Of a stretch of 64,000 nucleotides of DNA, positions 62,001 to 64,000 are shown one piece after another. The stretch comes from Squalus acanthias (Eukaryota): NCBI GenBank assembly GCA_030390025.1, contig CM059440.1, forward strand, positions 63,240,001 to 63,304,000. The letters run 5' to 3'. The position numbers and the translations under genes were made by a program. The notes beneath the pieces were generated by a model. The model had not been told where the DNA came from. It searched no databases and saw only the letters and a list, made by a program, of their open reading frames with translations. Numbering within the stretch: the first letter of the stretch is position 1; the number at the start of each line of letters is the position of its first letter.

Positions 62001-63104
62001 TTCCGCGCAGAACAAAGACGGGGCGGGGGGTTTGGGGTAGAGAGACGGAGAGGGGGTTCTGGGAGAGGAGATGACTAAGTCGGCGAGCTCAGTCCCACAA
62101 CCTCAGTTTCCTTTTCTGTTTTCTCCCACTCCCCAGAGGTGGGGGCTATACATCTATAATTAACCCTTTCACCGCCTTACACAGCATACTCGGTTTTTAT
62201 GTTCAACACTGGTGCTGTGTTTACAAAAATCGCCTTTATTTCCTGGTACCTCACCTGACATGGATTCAGTCTGGCGAGATGTCAGGTGTTTTAAGACGAG
62301 GTGAGAGGTACACATGTAAATGGGATTAAAATATAGGCGGCTGTAAATCCTCATTAGATTCTAACCCCCCATCCAGTGCTTCATCGAGATGTCAGAAGGT
62401 GGAATGAGTTGGGCTGGGGCCGTAAATATACGGACTCCAGAGGAATTTCCAGATATAATCGTTAAGGATTAAGAATGAGAAAAGATACTCGGGAATCTGA
62501 GATTTAAAACTAGCCCGGCGTTTCATTCCTGCAGTCACTGTCTCGAAACGTTCCCTCATCTGGGAAATAAAACACGCTTTTCAACATATGGGGGTAAATG
62601 AAGGCACTATCTTGCAATACTGAAATTCTTTTTAATGTTAGAACTAGTGTTGTGTTCTTATTGACGAAAGAGATGAAACAGTCTTTACATCAAAGACAAG
62701 CACCAGGCAATTCTGACCAACAGCAGGGAGAATTGGGCCGCTGGCTATAGTCCAAAGCACTAGTTTAGGGAGAGTGGAGAAACGTTCTGTGAGCGATTCC
62801 CCAAACCCACTCAGTTCATGTCAGCAGTTCTAAAAGAAAACAAAAAAAATCACCAATGGTGATTTTTTTTTTTAGATTCCATAAAGTACACGAGATATAT
62901 ATTTTTTAAACCCACAGATTTCTTGTGTATATGAAAATCCGCCATCTCTTACTGATCTGTCTGGAGCATGGATCTGTTGAAAAAGTATTTCTTCTGCTTT
63001 TCCCATTTTCTTTCTAGTTTCTCCAGCTGGTTTAATATTTTCTCTACCCCCTCACACTGCCATATCATTTGTGTTGCAGTCTACATTACATAGTAAAGAA
63101 ACAT

Positions 63105-63415
63105 TTCCACTTGTGGGGGGAGACCAAAACTAGGGGCCATCAATATAAGATAGTCACTAATAAATCCAATTGGGAATTCAGGAGAAACTTCTTTACTCAG
63201 AGAGCAGTGGGAATGTGGAACTCGCTACCACAGGGAATGGTTGAGGTGAATAGCTTCCATGCATTTAAGGGGAAGCTAGATAAACACGAGGGAGAAAGGA
63301 ATAGAAGGTTATGTTGATCGGGTTAGATGAAGAGGGGTGGGAGGAGGCTCGTGTGGAGCATAAACACCAACATGGACCAGTTGGGCTGAATGGCCTGTTT
63401 CTGTGCTGTAAATTC
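63105..63415 (+). mobile_element. CR1-type LINE 3' end
   Basis: GETKTRGHQYKIVTNKSNWEFRRNFFTQRAVGMWNSLP. Confidence 0.85.
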
Positions 63416-64000
63416 AATGAAATTCTGTGTATGTTGGGATCTGACCTGTCAGGAAGCACTTTCTACATTCCATCAATCCACTGCTACTGGAAAATCAGAA
63501 ACATCCTTTAGAATGTTTTTCCCCCTCTATTTTTCTCCCCTCCTCTCCGGGTGATGCTGACTCTTGCTGGATACTGGTGCTACCAATATAGACAGCCACC
63601 TCCCCCTGCCTCACCCAAGTGGCCGTTCTTTATGTGGGAATCAAGACAGCGAGTATTGGTCGGCTATTCAACCCATGGGAGGGGTTGGGGCCCAGCAGGA
63701 CCCCAACATCCACATGCATGCACTTGGCAACAGGGTGATCAGAGGTAGGAATCCCGGCCTATTTCCCCCCTCCCTAGCCTGGTGCTGAGGGTGATGAACA
63801 TTATCCCTAGCCTCCCTAAGGGAGGGGTTAATATTAATTTACTGAAGCCATCTGAAACATACATTTTCTTTTATTAGGAAGGAGTTGCCTTGCATTAAAA
63901 ATTATATCACCACTTTGCTGGTAGTTTTTTCTTATTAAGACAATCCGTAATGACAGTCATTGAGGTCGGCTGTTAGTGATCTTCTTACATGGTGGTCCTC

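Noticed and set aside
31200-64000. OPRD1 or BHLHE22/23-like coding exons expected from synteny
   Set aside because: No GPCR or bHLH peptide is recognisable in the ORF track or sequence; such genes may lie beyond the window or in the gaps.

Overview
Vertebrate genomic DNA, most likely a shark or other cartilaginous fish (inferred from the CR1/L2 LINE and Deu-domain SINE content). The left half holds a complete five-exon YTHDF2 gene (m6A reader) on the + strand: CDS 1008-1034, 1232-1256, 4041-4120, 10524-12089 and 30253-30276 (573 aa), with a CpG-island promoter and an AATAAA at 31141. Its 18-kb last intron carries an intronless fragment of CCT2. The main signal missed by the ORF track is a miR-124 hairpin on the - strand (56461-56519), convergent with YTHDF2 and about 25 kb past its 3' end. 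It comes with a candidate spliced host transcript, a CRE/CCAAT promoter (about 57.4-57.5 kb) and a near-consensus REST/RE1 site (58838-58858), all inside a TE-poor, CpG-rich zone. This looks like the YTHDF2-linked counterpart of the human YTHDF1-MIR124-3 and YTHDF3-MIR124-2 pairs; human YTHDF2 has no neighbouring MIR124. Also present: a 54-bp telomere-like satellite, a 33-bp minisatellite, a complex (TG)n array, two assembly gaps and many retroelement fragments. Repeat boundaries are approximate, and family and homologue assignments are from memory of reference sequences, not from searches.
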